Below the pieces are notes generated by a model that ran no database searches, had not been told where the DNA came from, and saw nothing but the letters and a program-made list of their open reading frames with translations. From an uncultured Ignavibacteriaceae bacterium (GTDB lineage: Bacteria; Bacteroidota; Ignavibacteria; UBA10030), in the NCBI GenBank assembly GCA_964534125.1, contig CAZHOJ010000002.1, positions 68,696 through 132,695 on the forward strand: a DNA stretch of 64,000 nucleotides, in the 5' to 3' direction. How positions within the stretch are numbered: the first letter of the stretch is position 1; the number at the start of each line of letters is the position of its first letter. Shown here one piece after another: positions 47,820 through 56,865 of the stretch. The translations under genes and the position numbers were made by a program.

Positions 47820-49873
47820 CCCGCACCGCTGATACCATACTCATCACGGCAGCATTGCCGTACGCCAACGGCTACATCCATTTGGGGCACCTGGCGGGTG
47901 CATACCTCCCTGCGGATATGTATGCGAGATACCAGCGGTCAGCCGGCAGGGCCGTTCTCTTCCTCTGCGGGTCGGATGAACACGGCGTGGCCATCACGGT
48001 CAGCGCCGAGCAGGAAAAGACCACTCCTCAAGCCATTATCGACCGCTATCATCCTGACAATCAGGCGTCCTTCAGCGCGTTCGGCATGAGCTTCGACCAC
48101 TATTCGAGGACCTCGATACCGCTGCATCATGAAACGGCCCGGGAATTCTTTGTGTCATTCCACCGGAACGGTACCCTGCGGGAACGGGAGGAACAGCAAC
48201 TGTTCTGCGCGACCGACAAGATGTTCCTGGCGGACAGATACGTGGAGGGCACCTGCCCCGTGTGCGGGCACGCTGAGGCGAGGGGCGATCAGTGCGAGCA
48301 ATGCGGCAGCTGGCTGAACCAGACGGAGCTGAAGGACCCCGTGTGCAGGTTATGCGGTTCAAAGCCGGTCATCCGAAGCACCACCCACTGGTATTTTCCC
48401 CTGAACGCTTTCCAGCAGCGACTCGAAGCCTACATCGCGGAACGTGATGCGCGCGATGGCTGGAGGGAGACGGTCAAGCGGTATTGCCAGAGCTGGTTCA
48501 CCGGCGGACTGCAGGAGAGAGCGGTGACGAGGGACCTGTCGTGGGGCGTACGTGTGCCGGTCAAAGGCTACGAGAACAAGGTCATCTATGTCTGGTTCGA
48601 TGCTGTCCTGGGATACATCACAGCCGGGAAGGAATGGGCGGCAGCTGCGGGAGATCCTGATGCATGGAAATCCTATTGGCAGAACGAGGATACAAAGTAT
48701 GTGGCATTCATCGGGAAGGACAATGTCGTCTTCCACTGTATCGTCTTTCCGGCGATGCTGATGGCCTGGAATGACCATGAAAAAGAACGCTACGTCCTGC
48801 CGGAAAATGTCCCCGCGAACGAGTTCCTGAATCTCGAAGGCGAGAAGTTCTCAAAGAGCAGGGGGTGGGGGATCGACCTGCGGGATTTCCTTCGTTTCTT
48901 CCCCGCCGATTATCTGCGCTACGCGCTCGCTGTGAATCTCCCGGAGACCAAGGATTCGGATTTTTCCCTCGCCGACTTCATGGCACGTATCAACAATGAA
49001 CTGGCGGACAGTGTGGGCAACTTCGTCAACAGGACGACCACGTTCGTGCAGCGGAACTTTGAAGGGCGGGTGCCGGAGGCGGGGGATGGCGACGACCGGG
49101 ACAAGGTCTTTGTACGTCTGCTGGAGGATGCACCTGGTCGCATCGGTTCGCTGTATGAATCGTACAGGTTCCGGGATGCTGTGAACGAAACGATAGCGGT
49201 AGCACGTGCGGCGAACAAGTATTTCAACGATGGCGCGCCATGGAAACGTATCGCGTCAGATCGGCCGGCTGCTGCGACCACACTGCGAAACTGCCTGCGG
49301 GCAGTCCATACGCTTTCGGTCCTGCTGCATCCGGTAGTGCCGGGTATCGCCGGCAGGATGAGGATGGGACTCGGTTTCCCTGCCACGGAGAAGCCTGCGC
49401 CCTGGAGCGGTGGGGGAGACGATCCGTTCGGAACGGACCATCGCATCGGTACGCCGGAGGTCCTGGTACCAAAGATCGAACAGAAGGATATAGACGCTAT
49501 GACTGACGCACGTGCGGGAACGGACGGCACACAGACATCCATGGAAAACGTCATCACCATCGATGACGTGACGAAGGTCGACCTCCGCGTGGCGACAGTA
49601 CTTGAGGCTGAAGCAGTGCCGAAATCGAAGAAGCTCATTCGTCTCTCGATCGACCTCGGAACGGACAAAAGGCAGATCGTCGCCGGGATCGCACAGCATT
49701 ATGCTCCGGAGTCCCTGCCCGGAAAACGTATCATCGTTGTCGCCAACCTCAAACCGGCAAAGCTGATGGGGTACGAGTCCCAGGGGATGTTGCTCGCCGC
49801 CCACGGGGAGGACGGTACCTTGACGCTCGTCACAACGGAGGGCGTCGTCCCGGCGGGATCGAAGATCAGGTGA
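47816..49873 (+). CDS. metG: Methionine--tRNA ligase with C-terminal EMAP/tRNA-binding domain
   Basis: HIGH-type motif (YIHLGHLAG), zinc knuckle C..C...C..C, KFSKS and C-terminal OB domain. Confidence 0.95.
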   Translation: MTRTADTILITAALPYANGYIHLGHLAGAYLPADMYARYQRSAGRAVLFLCGSDEHGVAITVSAEQEKTTPQAIIDRYHPDNQASFSAFGMSFDHYSRTSIPLHHETAREFFVSFHRNGTLREREEQQLFCATDKMFLADRYVEGTCPVCGHAEARGDQCEQCGSWLNQTELKDPVCRLCGSKPVIRSTTHWYFPLNAFQQRLEAYIAERDARDGWRETVKRYCQSWFTGGLQERAVTRDLSWGVRVPVKGYENKVIYVWFDAVLGYITAGKEWAAAAGDPDAWKSYWQNEDTKYVAFIGKDNVVFHCIVFPAMLMAWNDHEKERYVLPENVPANEFLNLEGEKFSKSRGWGIDLRDFLRFFPADYLRYALAVNLPETKDSDFSLADFMARINNELADSVGNFVNRTTTFVQRNFEGRVPEAGDGDDRDKVFVRLLEDAPGRIGSLYESYRFRDAVNETIAVARAANKYFNDGAPWKRIASDRPAAATTLRNCLRAVHTLSVLLHPVVPGIAGRMRMGLGFPATEKPAPWSGGGDDPFGTDHRIGTPEVLVPKIEQKDIDAMTDARAGTDGTQTSMENVITIDDVTKVDLRVATVLEAEAVPKSKKLIRLSIDLGTDKRQIVAGIAQHYAPESLPGKRIIVVANLKPAKLMGYESQGMLLAAHGEDGTLTLVTTEGVVPAGSKIR

Positions 49874-49881
49874 TGCCAGTC

Positions 49882-49915
49882 TTTGCATAGCAGTCCGGGA
49901 GTATGTATATTTTTG
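49882..49915 (+). promoter_or_regulatory. FCB-type promoter (-33 TTTG at 49882-49885; -7 TATTTTTG at 49908-49915) dedicated to the TIR-like gene
   Basis: Motifs seen directly, 22 nt apart, about 70 nt upstream of the ATG at 49988. Confidence 0.45.
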
Positions 49916-49987
49916 AAGCCGCTTCCTCCCTGCCCGCTCGATGCCGCATCACCGGCACGCGACCAGGATGACAGTGTAACATACCAG

Positions 49988-50857
49988 ATGTCAGAATCGA
50001 TCATACGGCAACTTGAAGATCTCGTCACGCGCGGGGCAGACCTCGTGCCTCTCGGGGGCTTCGATTTCTCGGGGTACAACGCCCGGTTGCAGGAGAAATA
50101 TGCCGAGTGGCGGAAATCCTGCCTCGAAGCTCTCGAAGCTGCGGGTCCGATAGCCTTCCCGTATAAAACAAAGATCCTCGGCGACCAGAATGGCGGGTAT
50201 TTCTACCAGTCCTCTGCACAGCTCATCCATAATTGTACGCGGGAACTGTATGAGAAGCTCAAGAGCTCGCCCGACCTCGCGTCGGCGCCTGCACAGGCAG
50301 ACCAGGACCAGGTCGCTGCACCATCCGGTGCTCCCGCCACGGCGACGAGAGTCGTCGGTGCGCGTGTCCTGAAACCGCCTCCGAAAAGGTCCGCTCCTGA
50401 CGCAGCACCCGCTCCATCACCCTCGCAGCAGCCGGCAGCTTCCACCCCCGCGACAGGCTCATCGGCTGTCGGCAACAAAGTGTACGTCATTGCGGAGGAG
50501 AACGATCCGCTCAGGGCTCAGTTGAGCACGTTCCTCGCCGAGATTGGCCTCGAGGAGATCGATGTAAGCCGGACGCATGGCCAGATGCTCGATCTCGATG
50601 CCTTCCAGCTCCAGAATGATGTCGGCTATGCATTCTTCATCTTCAACAGCGAGGACCTGTCCTACGCTATGTTCGAGCTTGGACATTTCGTGGGGAAGTT
50701 GGGAAAGGGGAAGGTGTCGGTGCTTCACATGAGCGACGTCAATTTCCCGAAGAACGTTCCGGGTGTTCTTGCGAAACCCATTGTCGTCAAGCTTGAGGAA
50801 TCGAGCCTCGCGATCATGAAGGAGCTCAAAGCGGCGGGGTACAAGATCAGCTTCTGA
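49988..50857 (+). CDS. Protein with novel N-terminal domain, Pro/Ala/Ser-rich linker and C-terminal TIR-like (CAP12/PycTIR-type, COG4271-like) nucleotide-binding domain
   Basis: C-terminal about 125 aa follow the COG4271 pattern KV(F/Y)(I/V)....(E/D)...........L......DFAIFV.T.DD.....NV.FELG.F.G.LG...V..L (here KVYVIAEEND...DVGYAFFIFNSEDL...NAMFELGHFVGKLGKGKVSVL); start chosen at MSESII because of the promoter position. Confidence 0.6.
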   Translation: MSESIIRQLEDLVTRGADLVPLGGFDFSGYNARLQEKYAEWRKSCLEALEAAGPIAFPYKTKILGDQNGGYFYQSSAQLIHNCTRELYEKLKSSPDLASAPAQADQDQVAAPSGAPATATRVVGARVLKPPPKRSAPDAAPAPSPSQQPAASTPATGSSAVGNKVYVIAEENDPLRAQLSTFLAEIGLEEIDVSRTHGQMLDLDAFQLQNDVGYAFFIFNSEDLSYAMFELGHFVGKLGKGKVSVLHMSDVNFPKNVPGVLAKPIVVKLEESSLAIMKELKAAGYKISF

Positions 50858-50886
50858 AAGGCCGCAGGACGGTTCGTTCGTCGAAG

Positions 50887-50928
50887 AAACACAAAGGGCG
50901 CCCGAGAACGGAGCGCCCTTTGTGTTTT
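50887..50928. terminator. Bidirectional rho-independent terminator between convergent genes
   Basis: Perfect 15-bp stem AAACACAAAGGGCGC / GCGCCCTTTGTGTTT with 11-nt loop, flanked by an A-run and a T-run. Confidence 0.8.
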
Positions 50929-50943
50929 CAACCTGGCCGGCCG

Positions 50944-51873
50944 TCAGGGATTGGCGTTGTCCACCAGAGCGGCCATGTTCTCGTAGAAGATCTTTTTGAT
51001 GCTCGGGATGGGCATACGCATTTCCTGGACAAGTTTCAGTTGATTATCCACGATATCGTATCTGTATCCGCGAGGGAGCATACCGCTGTCGGAGCCAAAG
51101 AGGATGCGGTCCGGCGTGAAGACCTCAACGGCCCTCTGGAAGACCCGGCGCAGGTCAGGTTTCGAAGGATGCTCGTTGATCCAGCTGTTCGACCCGGCGG
51201 TATCGACATGGACGTTCTTGCAGGCCGCCCCTACCTCCAGCAGTTCCTCCCACCGACCGGCGCCGAAGTTCGGAACGATGAACTGGATACCCGAGAATTT
51301 CTTTGCGACCGGTATAAGGTCCTTTGGATTCCCGAACGCGTCATTCGTGACCGTCGGTACACCCGCGAAATCTCGGGAACGCATGATGAGCTTTCCGAAG
51401 TGCACAAAAACAAGGCCCTTCACTTCCTGTACCAGATTATACAGTGGGTACAACCATTCGTCGTTGACCGGTATCTGGTAGAAACTGGGATAGAGGAGGA
51501 TCCCCTTCAGTTTGTCCTGCCTCAGTCTCTTCTCTGCGTTCTCCATCAGGAGGTTCGAGTTCGGATCGACGAGGAACATCCCAGAGAACCTTGTCGGATG
51601 CGCCTGGACCGCCTTGACGACGGAGTCCTCATCGCCGGGCATGCTTGCGAACAGCATGAGCCGCTCGAGCTTCCATTTGTCGATGATATCGATCCAACGC
51701 TTCGCCAGCTGAACAGGATCGTCCCCGGGGATCTCTATGTGTCCCTTGGCGGCGATATTGCGCAGTTCGGTATTGATGTCCGCTCTGTTCGGCTTCTGCT
51801 TGACCAGGTACTTGAAGTACGTGTTCGAATAGAAGTGAACATGTGCATCGAATATCTTGAAGAGGCCAATCAT
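50944..51873 (-). CDS. Amidohydrolase-2-family TIM-barrel metal-dependent hydrolase
   Basis: N-terminal FDAHVHFY metal ligands and the amidohydrolase_2-like pattern across about 300 aa. Confidence 0.7.
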   Translation of the reverse strand: MIGLFKIFDAHVHFYSNTYFKYLVKQKPNRADINTELRNIAAKGHIEIPGDDPVQLAKRWIDIIDKWKLERLMLFASMPGDEDSVVKAVQAHPTRFSGMFLVDPNSNLLMENAEKRLRQDKLKGILLYPSFYQIPVNDEWLYPLYNLVQEVKGLVFVHFGKLIMRSRDFAGVPTVTNDAFGNPKDLIPVAKKFSGIQFIVPNFGAGRWEELLEVGAACKNVHVDTAGSNSWINEHPSKPDLRRVFQRAVEVFTPDRILFGSDSGMLPRGYRYDIVDNQLKLVQEMRMPIPSIKKIFYENMAALVDNANP

Positions 51874-52574
51874 CAGTTCTCAGGTGTATCGGGTGGTACG
51901 CTTGCCTCGTGCAGTGTCACGATGCCTGCGGTGAGATGTGTCCATCGTATGTTCGTGAATCCTGCTCCGGTCAGTTCAGCACAGAAGGCTTCTGCTCCGG
52001 GGAACTCCATCACTGTGCCCGGTAGATATGCATAGGCATCTTTGTGTCCCGAAACCAGACCTCCCACGCGGGGGAGCAGCCGCTGGAAGTACGGCATGTA
52101 AACGCGCCGGAACATGCCTTCCGGCCTGGAGAAGTCGAGTATGCGCACACCTCCGCCGGGACGCAACACCCTGCGGATCTCACTGAGCCCTCTTGCGCGG
52201 TCGGAAAAATTCCGAACGCCGAAAGCTACGAGCACGAGGTCGAACGATCCGTCCCTGAAGGGGAGTGCTTCTGCAGCCCCTTCGATCAGCGCATACGGAT
52301 ATCCGCCGAGCTTTCCACGGACCCGGGTAAGCATCGCGCGGGAGAGGTCCACTCCAACTAGCCGCTCCGGAGTGAGGTCCATCGCCGCACGCATGACATC
52401 GCCGGTTCCGGTGGCGACATCCAGGATGCGCGCACGCGTGAACTGGCGGCACGAAGATATGATCCTGGATCTCCAGCGTTGGTCGATTCCCAGGCTCAGG
52501 ACCCGGTTCAGCAGGTCATACCTGTGAGCTATCCTCTCGAACAGATTTCGGACTTCTCCGTGCGAATAGCCCAT
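51873..52574 (-). CDS. ubiE: Class I SAM-dependent methyltransferase, UbiE/MenG (demethylmenaquinone/ubiquinone) family
   Basis: RYDLLNRVLSLG...WR, VLDVATGTGD, RPGG...ILDFS motifs; start taken at MGYSHGE. Confidence 0.8.
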   Translation of the reverse strand: MGYSHGEVRNLFERIAHRYDLLNRVLSLGIDQRWRSRIISSCRQFTRARILDVATGTGDVMRAAMDLTPERLVGVDLSRAMLTRVRGKLGGYPYALIEGAAEALPFRDGSFDLVLVAFGVRNFSDRARGLSEIRRVLRPGGGVRILDFSRPEGMFRRVYMPYFQRLLPRVGGLVSGHKDAYAYLPGTVMEFPGAEAFCAELTGAGFTNIRWTHLTAGIVTLHEASVPPDTPEN

Positions 52575-52673
52575 TGTGTGCAAAAAAAGAAAGGAAAATA
52601 TACACATCAGGAAGAGGAATTCCAATCAGCCCCGGATTGATTCTCCTCAGGGGGTATCGTAGATTCGTGACGT

Positions 52674-53171
52674 ATGCGCCCAGTCCTCGCCTGTTTCGTC
52701 GTCCTTCTTTCCCATGGTTGCGATTCTGGACTTGAACCCCCGCCCCCGGAGCCGGGAATCGGTGGAGAGATCCAGTTCGTGTCATCATCGTGGCCACCGG
52801 CGGATAGCCTGGCCGGTCTCTGGCTGTTCGCCTCGCGTGAATACCCGCTGGACTCTGCCCGGGTCGTTGCGGGTGTTCTCGTCGAACCCCGTTTCATCTA
52901 CCTGTATCCGTCGATCTCTGAGTCGCTTCCGCTCTATGTGGACCGTGTAGAGTTCGAATTCCCGCTTGAGCCGGGAACGTACAAATATGTAGGGGTCATT
53001 CAACAGCTTCGTCCTCAGCTTCTTGTCTCGAACTTCAGGGTCGTCTCGATGCTGAGCGTCCCTGGTGTCGATAGTCTGCCGCGCTCCGTGGTCATCGGTC
53101 CTGAGACCTTCATCGGTGGATTCCGTTTGACCGTGGATTTCATGAATCCGCCTGCACAGCCCTTCCTATGA
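52674..53171 (+). CDS. Hypothetical lipoprotein
   Basis: Lipobox LSHGC; ATGA-overlapped with the downstream TonB-dependent receptor. Confidence 0.5.
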   Translation: MRPVLACFVVLLSHGCDSGLEPPPPEPGIGGEIQFVSSSWPPADSLAGLWLFASREYPLDSARVVAGVLVEPRFIYLYPSISESLPLYVDRVEFEFPLEPGTYKYVGVIQQLRPQLLVSNFRVVSMLSVPGVDSLPRSVVIGPETFIGGFRLTVDFMNPPAQPFL

Positions 53172-55351
53172 AGAGAATCGCGATCCTGACCGCTCTGATG
53201 CACGTCGTTCTCCTCTGTGGTTGGGGCCAGGAGACGTTGCGGGGGAAGGTCCTCGACGCACGGACAGGAGAGCCGCTTGCCGGCATCACGGTGTGGCTTC
53301 CGGATGAACAACGGGGAACGACGACCTCCGCTGACGGAACATTTATACTCCCGGGGACTCAAGCGGTGGACCCTCGTCTCCGGATCCAGGCGCTTGGATT
53401 CAGGACGAAGGATGCCAGGCTCTCCGACCTGGACCGGGAGGACGGTATGGTCATCGTGCGCCTCTCTGAATCTCCCATTCTGCTCAATGAGACCGTCATC
53501 ACAGCAGGACGGAGAGAACAATCCCTTCTGTCCGTGCCTGTCTCGGTATCTACGATCAGGGCGGATGAGCTCACGGACCGTATCGGGGTCACGCTGGACG
53601 AACCGCTTCGGTATGTCAGCGGTGTCCATGTGATGGATGACCAGATCAACATCAGGGGGTCGAGCGGATACAGCCGCGGCGTCGGTAGCAGAGTGTTGTT
53701 GCTGTTCGACGGAATCCCCCTTCTCACAGGTGACACCGGAGAGATTATCTGGGAGATGATCCCCGTTGACCAGGTTGACAGGGTGGAGGTCGTCAAGGGA
53801 GCGGGATCCGCATTGTACGGGTCCGCAGCGCTGGGGGGCGTCATCAATATCATCCCGATGAGGATCCCGGATGGTATCCGCGTCGGAGCACGGATCAGCG
53901 GTGCCATGTACAGCCAACCGGTGTATGACGAATGGAGATGGTCGGACCGTGCAAGGTCGTTCACGCAGGTGTCGCTGCTCTCTTCGTACAGCGGAGCATC
54001 GTGGGGGACACTCTTCTCGTTCGCGGGATGGATGGATGAGAGCCATCGCAAGAACGATGCGATGCACAGGTATGCATTCTATAACAGGACTCGCGTGGCC
54101 CTCAGCGATGTCTGGTCTGCCGGCATCACGGGACACTACGTCCGTCGGAGGGGAGGGAACTTCTTCTGGTGGAAGAGCCTGCGTTCTCCGCTGGTCCCGC
54201 CCGACGACTATGCGTCCAGGCAGGTCTTGTCGGACAGGGGATTCGTATCTGTGACAGCCCGGGGGGTGCATAGTGACAAGGCGGTCTCGTTCGTGCGGCT
54301 GCAATACTTTGCGAACGCTTGGTCTGACGAGGATGTGGGGATCGTTACGACCGAAGCACGCTCAGGCCGCCTGCTGTCCGAGGCCCAGCTGACGCTTGAG
54401 GTGGCTGACAGGCACCATCTCATCGTCGGTGCCACCGGGTATCTTGACAGGGTCTGGTCGAATATTTTCGGGACGCATCCCGGAGTCGGGGCCGCAGGAT
54501 TTCTTCAGGGTGAGGTGGCCATGACACGTTCGCTCGACATCTCGGTCGGTGTGAGGCTCGATTGGCAACAGGTCTCCGGCCTGGCCTCCGGATCGCAGGT
54601 CGACCCGAGGGTCGGCGCAGTGTACCGGATATCTGACGACCTTTCGCTTCGTGGATCGGTTGGGACCGGATTCCGGTATCCGTCCATCGGCGAACTGTAT
54701 ACTTCCATCTCGACAGGTTTCGGAGGCGTGAATGTTGTTCCCAATCCGCATCTCAAGCCGGAGACGAGCATCTCGGTCGAGGGCGGTGTGCGTTATCAGT
54801 TCTCTCCCGGCGGATCCTTTGATGTGGCAGTGTTCCAATCGACATATGAGGGGCTCATCGAGGCTGCCGTCGATGCGCAGCAGCTCGTCATCAGGTTCGA
54901 CAATGTTGAGCGTGCCCGCGTCCGTGGCGTCGAGATGCTGGCCGAGCATTCGCTCTTTGACGGGCTCCTGTCGTTCCGGGCCGGTTATACATACATCGAT
55001 CCCCGTGACCTGGAAACGAAGACGGTGCTGCGCTTCCGGCCGCAGCATGTCGGGATCTTCGGGGCATTCGCTCATCTGGAGGACCTTGAGCTGTCGGCTG
55101 ACTATCGGTATGTGAGCAGGATCGAGACGATAGATGCGAACCTTGTCACCGTCGCGGATATCAGGGACGGCGATGCCCGGACGGATATCCATACCGTGAA
55201 CCTGCGCGCATCCGTCACGATCGGTGCATTCGGTGTCCCCCTCCGGGCCGCGGCCGAGGTCCGGAATCTGACGAACCATCAATACGTGGAGCTCCTGGCG
55301 AACCTGGCGCCTCCGCGGACATATCTGCTGATGCTGGAGGTGCTGCTGTGA
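53168..55351 (+). CDS. TonB-dependent outer-membrane receptor with N-terminal CarboxypepD_reg-like domain
   Basis: Signal peptide, G.V.D..TGEPLAG.TV.....GT.T..DG.F domain, plug, barrel ending in an aromatic residue. Confidence 0.85.
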   Translation: MKRIAILTALMHVVLLCGWGQETLRGKVLDARTGEPLAGITVWLPDEQRGTTTSADGTFILPGTQAVDPRLRIQALGFRTKDARLSDLDREDGMVIVRLSESPILLNETVITAGRREQSLLSVPVSVSTIRADELTDRIGVTLDEPLRYVSGVHVMDDQINIRGSSGYSRGVGSRVLLLFDGIPLLTGDTGEIIWEMIPVDQVDRVEVVKGAGSALYGSAALGGVINIIPMRIPDGIRVGARISGAMYSQPVYDEWRWSDRARSFTQVSLLSSYSGASWGTLFSFAGWMDESHRKNDAMHRYAFYNRTRVALSDVWSAGITGHYVRRRGGNFFWWKSLRSPLVPPDDYASRQVLSDRGFVSVTARGVHSDKAVSFVRLQYFANAWSDEDVGIVTTEARSGRLLSEAQLTLEVADRHHLIVGATGYLDRVWSNIFGTHPGVGAAGFLQGEVAMTRSLDISVGVRLDWQQVSGLASGSQVDPRVGAVYRISDDLSLRGSVGTGFRYPSIGELYTSISTGFGGVNVVPNPHLKPETSISVEGGVRYQFSPGGSFDVAVFQSTYEGLIEAAVDAQQLVIRFDNVERARVRGVEMLAEHSLFDGLLSFRAGYTYIDPRDLETKTVLRFRPQHVGIFGAFAHLEDLELSADYRYVSRIETIDANLVTVADIRDGDARTDIHTVNLRASVTIGAFGVPLRAAAEVRNLTNHQYVELLANLAPPRTYLLMLEVLL

Positions 55352-56166
55352 AGGTTGCAAACGGCTTCATTGATTCACACGTACATCTCGCGCATGAGGA
55401 TTTTGCCCCTGACCGGGCCGAGGTCATCGACCGGGCACGGCAGAACGACGTCAGAGGATTCATCGTTCCTGCGACGGATGTGAGATCGACAGAGGCGTGC
55501 CTGACGCTCTCCGCTTCGGAGGAGGGTGTCGTCATCGCAGCCGGCATCCATCCGCATGATGTTGCCAGGGCGGCATCCGGCGACATCGCCAGGATCGCGT
55601 CGCTCGCCCGGGAAAAAGCCGTCGTCGCCATCGGTGAGATTGGCCTCGATTATCATTACGACTTTTCCCCCCAGGACCTGCAAAAGCGCTGCTTCGCCGA
55701 GCAGCTCTCAGTTGCATCGGACCTCTCATTGCCAGTTATCGTTCATACACGTGAGTCGATCGATGATGCGATCACGATCGTGAGGGACCATGTAGCCCGT
55801 CATCCCCGGTGGTGCGACGACGGGCATGGGGGCCGCCGTGGTGTTTTTCATTGCTTTACAGGAACAGAGGTCCAGGCGCGCGCCCTCTTTGAGCTCGGTT
55901 TCTATGTCTCGTTCCCGGGCATCCTGACGTTCAAACGATCTCCTGTGGTCGATCTCTTTCGAGCGTTCAGCATGGAGCGGGTCCTGCTGGAAACAGACGC
56001 CCCATACATGGCCCCCGTGCCGATGCGGGGGAAGCGGAACGAGCCATCGTTCATGGTCCACACCGCTGAGAAGATGTCGGAGTTGTCAGGGAGACCGCTG
56101 GGGGAGATCGCTGAGATCACCCGCAGGAATACTATTCATCTGTTCGGACTGGACGACAATGCCTGA
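55348..56166 (+). CDS. tatD: TatD-family metal-dependent hydrolase (DNase)
   Basis: DSHVHL, HPHD, GEIGLDYHY, ETDAPY motifs. Confidence 0.9.
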   Translation: MKVANGFIDSHVHLAHEDFAPDRAEVIDRARQNDVRGFIVPATDVRSTEACLTLSASEEGVVIAAGIHPHDVARAASGDIARIASLAREKAVVAIGEIGLDYHYDFSPQDLQKRCFAEQLSVASDLSLPVIVHTRESIDDAITIVRDHVARHPRWCDDGHGGRRGVFHCFTGTEVQARALFELGFYVSFPGILTFKRSPVVDLFRAFSMERVLLETDAPYMAPVPMRGKRNEPSFMVHTAEKMSELSGRPLGEIAEITRRNTIHLFGLDDNA

Positions 56167-56854
56167 ACTTCCTTCGCTGTTCGACATCCTCGGACCGATT
56201 ATGATCGGGCCGTCGAGCTCACACACGGCGGGTGCCAGCCGGATCGGACTCATCGCGCGGCAGCTGCTCAGGGAGAGGCCCGCCAGGGCTGCGATCACCC
56301 TGTACAATTCGTTCGCAAAGACGCACAAAGGCCACGGTACGGACAAGGCCATTATCGGCGGGATCCTGGGATTCCGGCCCGATGACCTGCGGATACGCGA
56401 CGCATTCGGTCTTGGCAAGCAGGCCGGCCTTGAATGGACATTCTCCTTCGTCAGCGACCCGGCGCATTATCACTCGAACACCGCCCGCATCCGGCTCGCG
56501 GGAAATTCCGGGACAGGCATTGAGATCGTGGGTGTGTCGCTGGGCGGCGGGAGGATCCGTATCAAAGAGCTCGAGGGTTTCGCCGTGGATTTCAATGCGC
56601 AGGTCCACACTCTCGTCATCATTGCTGACGACATCCCGGGCAGCATCAGGAACATCAGCGGGGCGATCGCTGATGAGGGGGCGAACATCGCACACATGTA
56701 CGTGTCCCGCACGGCGAAGCGCGCGAGCATGGTGATCGAGCTTGACCATGCGCTGAGCGATGCCGCGGTGCAGAAGATCCAGAGCTTGTCATGGATACAC
56801 TTCTCGCGGCTGCTGACGCCGCTGGAAGGCGATTCATCGATGTACGACAAATAG
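56159..56854 (+). CDS. sdaAB: L-serine dehydratase (4Fe-4S type), beta subunit with ACT-like domain
   Basis: N-terminal F(D)ILGP.MIGPSSSHTAGA motif; C-terminal ACT-like segment. Confidence 0.85.
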   Translation: MPELPSLFDILGPIMIGPSSSHTAGASRIGLIARQLLRERPARAAITLYNSFAKTHKGHGTDKAIIGGILGFRPDDLRIRDAFGLGKQAGLEWTFSFVSDPAHYHSNTARIRLAGNSGTGIEIVGVSLGGGRIRIKELEGFAVDFNAQVHTLVIIADDIPGSIRNISGAIADEGANIAHMYVSRTAKRASMVIELDHALSDAAVQKIQSLSWIHFSRLLTPLEGDSSMYDK

Positions 56855-56865
56855 GGGATGACGTC

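Noticed and set aside
49883-49987. ORF-track N-terminal extension of the TIR-like gene (MHSSPGVCIFLKPLPPCPLDAASPARDQDDSVTYQ)
   Set aside because: It would place the promoter-like TTTG/TATTTTTG elements inside the coding region. It is Pro/Cys-rich and lacks RBS context, so the ATG at 49988 is preferred.
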